This document shows positions 33,568 to 36,332 of a stretch of 36,332 bases of DNA, piece by piece. The translations under genes and the position numbers were made by a program. The stretch lies in the NCBI GenBank assembly GCA_002104905.1, contig MCFE01000786.1:1-36332 (forward strand), written 5' to 3'. How positions within the stretch are numbered: the first letter of the stretch is position 1; each line of letters begins with the position of its first letter. Source of the DNA: Basidiobolus meristosporus CBS 931.73. Taxonomy: Eukaryota > Fungi > Basidiobolomycota. A model generated the notes under the pieces. The model searched no databases and had not been told where the DNA came from. It saw nothing but the letters and a program-made list of their open reading frames with translations.

Positions 33568-36060
33568 GGGAGACAGTCACCAACAGGTGAAATCTTTATT
33601 TCAGTTGAAACAAAGAAGCCAGCGCTATTGTTGTAGCTTTGATACAAGAGTGTGTAGCTGAGGGGAATTTGTAGGTAAGTTAATAAGAAGTGATGATAGT
33701 TCTTCAGTGCTCAAGACACTGTTCAGTGGGAAAGGGGGTAGCAAGAGAGGTAAGAATAACTTGTGAACAACATTAATGAGGGAAATGTGATAAGGATTGA
33801 TATTCATCATAAAGGGAGTGTGCTGCTGCAGATATTGCTGCCAAAGGTCTGTCAAGTACTTCTGGTAGGCCAGCTTGGGTTTTTCTGACTGCAGAATATA
33901 GTGAGCAAACTTCTTGACTTCAGGATCTCCAAGTATAGTTCTCCAGCAGGAGTCAGGTGTTGTGTGGTGTGTTCTCTTCCAGGCCTTAATCAATGGGTTG
34001 TTGCAGTTGTGAAGTCTGAGGTATAATCTGGTTCTAAGGTAGAGAAGTCTGATCTTATAGGGCATACACCCAAAAGCACCAAGAATAGCATGTCTGTAGG
34101 GGCATTCAGGCAAATGAGGCACCAAGGAGGTAATGCACCATACTGCAAACTTGTCAAGCTTAATACAGTCTCTAGAAGTAAGAGAGAAAAGTGGTAAGCC
34201 AAATTCCAGGACAGGGAAGACCAACTGCTTGAGTAGAAGGAGGCAGCTGGGAGCTGAAGTTGTAGGAGGAGTAACAGCCAGTAGCTTGTAGAGTGCCTGT
34301 CTTGCCAGGATAATTCTCTTCTTCAGGTGTGCTCCAGAGTCTAGTCCAGTAGGAAGGAAAGGAAAGCCAAGATATGTAGCAGAAACCTGAGCAGGTAGAG
34401 TGGAGTTCTCCAAGTTGATGGGAGAGCCCAAAGGTACTGTCTTTGCAATGGAAAGCTGGAGATTATTCTTCTGCAGATACTGGTGGATGGTCTGGGAGTC
34501 TTGTTGCACATTGGAGGAAGATATTCTGATGTCATCAGCAAAGAGAGTAACCAGGCAATCAGCTGAGAGTCTTGGGAAATCATTCAGGAAGATGGCAAAC
34601 AGTATAGGACCAAGCACAGAGCCTTGAACCACTCCATTAGGAACTGAGAACACAGCAATTGCTCACTTGGGTGCAGAATTCTTGCTTGTGGATCCAGAAA
34701 CAGAGACCTGACAAGGAGGGTGAGAGAGGTACTGGAGAAGCATTCCAACTTGGACCAAAGCAGATTTCTGTCAACTGAATCAAAGGCCTTAGTAATATCA
34801 AACAGAACAGAGGGATACTTGCACTGGAGAGAGTGATCTTGGCTAAGTATGACTGCATATTCCAAGGAGAGGCCAGGAACAAAGCCAAACTGTGCAGGAT
34901 GAAACTTGAGGGAGTCAGAGTAGAGCTCCTGAGCAAGCAGAAGCTCAAACACCTTTCTGCAGGTGGGCAGCAGAGATATTGGCCTGTAGGAGCTAGGATC
35001 CAGGTGCTTTCCTTTACCCTTGTACAGTGGCAGAACATTTGCAAAGGACCATTCCTCAGGAGTAGAAAGCTGGGCTGAGCATTGCTGAAACAGTGGAAGC
35101 AGAAGTGCAGACATGGCCTTGGTACTAGTCTTCAGAAGCTCATAGGAGATTGTGTCCACACCTGGAGCAGTAGAGTTGGGAAGCCTCTTGAGCACATTAT
35201 GGATTCTCCTTTGATTAAGTGCAAGTGGGATGGGCAGAGTCTTGAAGTCAGGATGAAAGCCAGGAGTTGCGTACTGCTTTGTAGAGAAGAAGATGTTAGC
35301 CAGCTGTTCTGTTGAAGGTAACTTCCTGGAAGAGGGCCTCATTGCCCTGTAGAGTCTTGATACTGTTCTTGTTATAGAGTTGGAAGATTGCAGAGGCAAA
35401 GAACCCATAATATGATCCCAGAGCTGAGTATGCAGAGTGTGGTGAATTGCCTTGGAGTGGTGTATTGCTGTCAGGAGGAGTTTCTCTGTTTTTGGGTTAG
35501 GGAAACTCAGGTAGCTTTGTTGCAGGGCTGAAACAATGGATTCCCATTTTCTTGAAGTAACAGCAGTAGTCTTGCATGGCAGTGAGAGGGAGGCAGAGAC
35601 CAGAATCAGATGCTTCACAAAGAGCCAGGCATAGTTGAGATCATCTGGCAGAGAAAGTAGCAAACTGGCAAGCTTCAAGTAGTTCCCAAAGTCTTTCTTC
35701 TGATTCTTGGTAGCTTTGTGGGTGAGCACAGTAAGTTTTGGCAGCTTCTTCTTCACAACTGGTTGCATAGAAAGGGACCAGGCTGGGTGGTCAGAGGCTC
35801 TCAAGGATCCTAGCTCAGCTCCAGAGAATTGCTTGACTTCATTCACAAAGTAGAGGGCAGCAGCAGAAGGGCAGATCCAGTCAACACATCTTTTCTCAGA
35901 TTGAGCACCTAGTGCTAGCAGATGGATTGCTCTCAGGAAGTTCATTAGGAATGTAGACCTTGGCTTCATTCTTGCAGTCAGAGTAGTCTTGTTCTCAGGA
36001 TGGGGAATGTTAAGATCTCCAAGCAAGATAACAGGTGTTGATATAGATTGCTGGTATTGC
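33568..36060 (-). mobile_element. Telomere-attached APE-type non-LTR retrotransposon (LINE), 5'-truncated, ~2.5 kb
   Basis: APE motifs VILLGDLN, VDWI, SDH. RT motifs APGVDTI, YRPISLLPTCRKVFE, QFGF, DITKAFDSVD, GVVQGSVLGPILF, LFADD. ~57-nt 3' UTR ending in a G run joined to (TTAGGG)2; the 5' side abuts the telomere. Confidence 0.92.
33625..36060 (-). pseudogene. Disrupted EN-RT ORF (ORF-track pieces 34584-36026 and 33625-34653 are one gene)
   Basis: Frame switches near 34650-34660 just before the GVVQGS motif. There is no real start: the frame stays open up to the telomere (KQYQQSISTPVILLGDLN). Confidence 0.85.
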
Positions 36061-36332
36061 TTAGGGTTAGGGTTAGGGGTTAGGGTTAGGGTTAGGGTTA
36101 GGGTTAGGGTTAGGGTTAGGGTTAGGGTTAGGGTTAGGGTTAGGGTTAGGGTTAGGGTTAGGGTTAGGGTTAGGGTTAGGGTTAGGGTTAGGGTTAGGGT
36201 TAGGGTTAGGGTTAGGGTTAGGGTTAGGGTTAGGGTTAGGGTTAGGGTTAGGGTTAGGGTTAGGGTTAGGGTTAGGGTTAGGGTTAGGGTTAGGGTTAGG
36301 GTTAGGGTTAGGGTTAGGGTTAGGGTTAGGGT
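36061..36332 (+). repeat. Telomere (TTAGGG)~45, running to the end of the window
   Basis: Perfect units except the third (TTAGGGG, 36073-36079); G-rich strand runs 5'->3' toward the end, as at a right-hand chromosome terminus. Confidence 0.98.

Noticed and set aside
32495-33590. Palindromic ~30-bp repeats as a CRISPR-like array
   Set aside because: Spacing is highly irregular (35, ~600, ~400, 45 bp), the host is eukaryotic, no cas genes are present, and the repeats coincide with retroelement 3' ends.
33625-36060. RT as telomerase (TERT), Penelope-like or LTR-element RT
   Set aside because: The motifs are non-LTR type with an upstream APE domain; no TERT T-motif, GIY-YIG, protease, integrase or LTRs are visible.

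Overview
Eukaryotic, almost certainly fungal, chromosome end: GT-AG introns with CTAAC branch points and a terminal (TTAGGG)n tract at 36061-36332. The exact lineage cannot be determined from this window. Bases 303-27515 are a head-to-tail array of four intact, intron-rich genes with a period of ~7.1 kb. Each encodes a ~1670-1705 aa dual hybrid histidine kinase (PAS-like/GAF - HisKA - HATPase - REC - PAS - HisKA - HATPase - REC). The copies are a patchwork of near-identical and divergent tracts, and copy 1 precisely lacks one intron. Next come a decayed two-domain Cys-rich secreted-protein pseudogene and an intronless secreted S9 peptidase (DPP5-like). The last ~4.3 kb is an almost CpG-free stack of non-LTR retrotransposon pieces, all on the minus strand (3' end inward, 5' end toward the tip) and separated by short TTAGGG relics. 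Five 3' termini carry a stem-loop with an invariant stem and a variable loop. The outermost copy is an APE-endonuclease/RT element whose endonuclease domain is cut and capped directly by the telomere. Exon models were spliced by hand and all four give open frames. Identities and counts are by eye and need computational confirmation.
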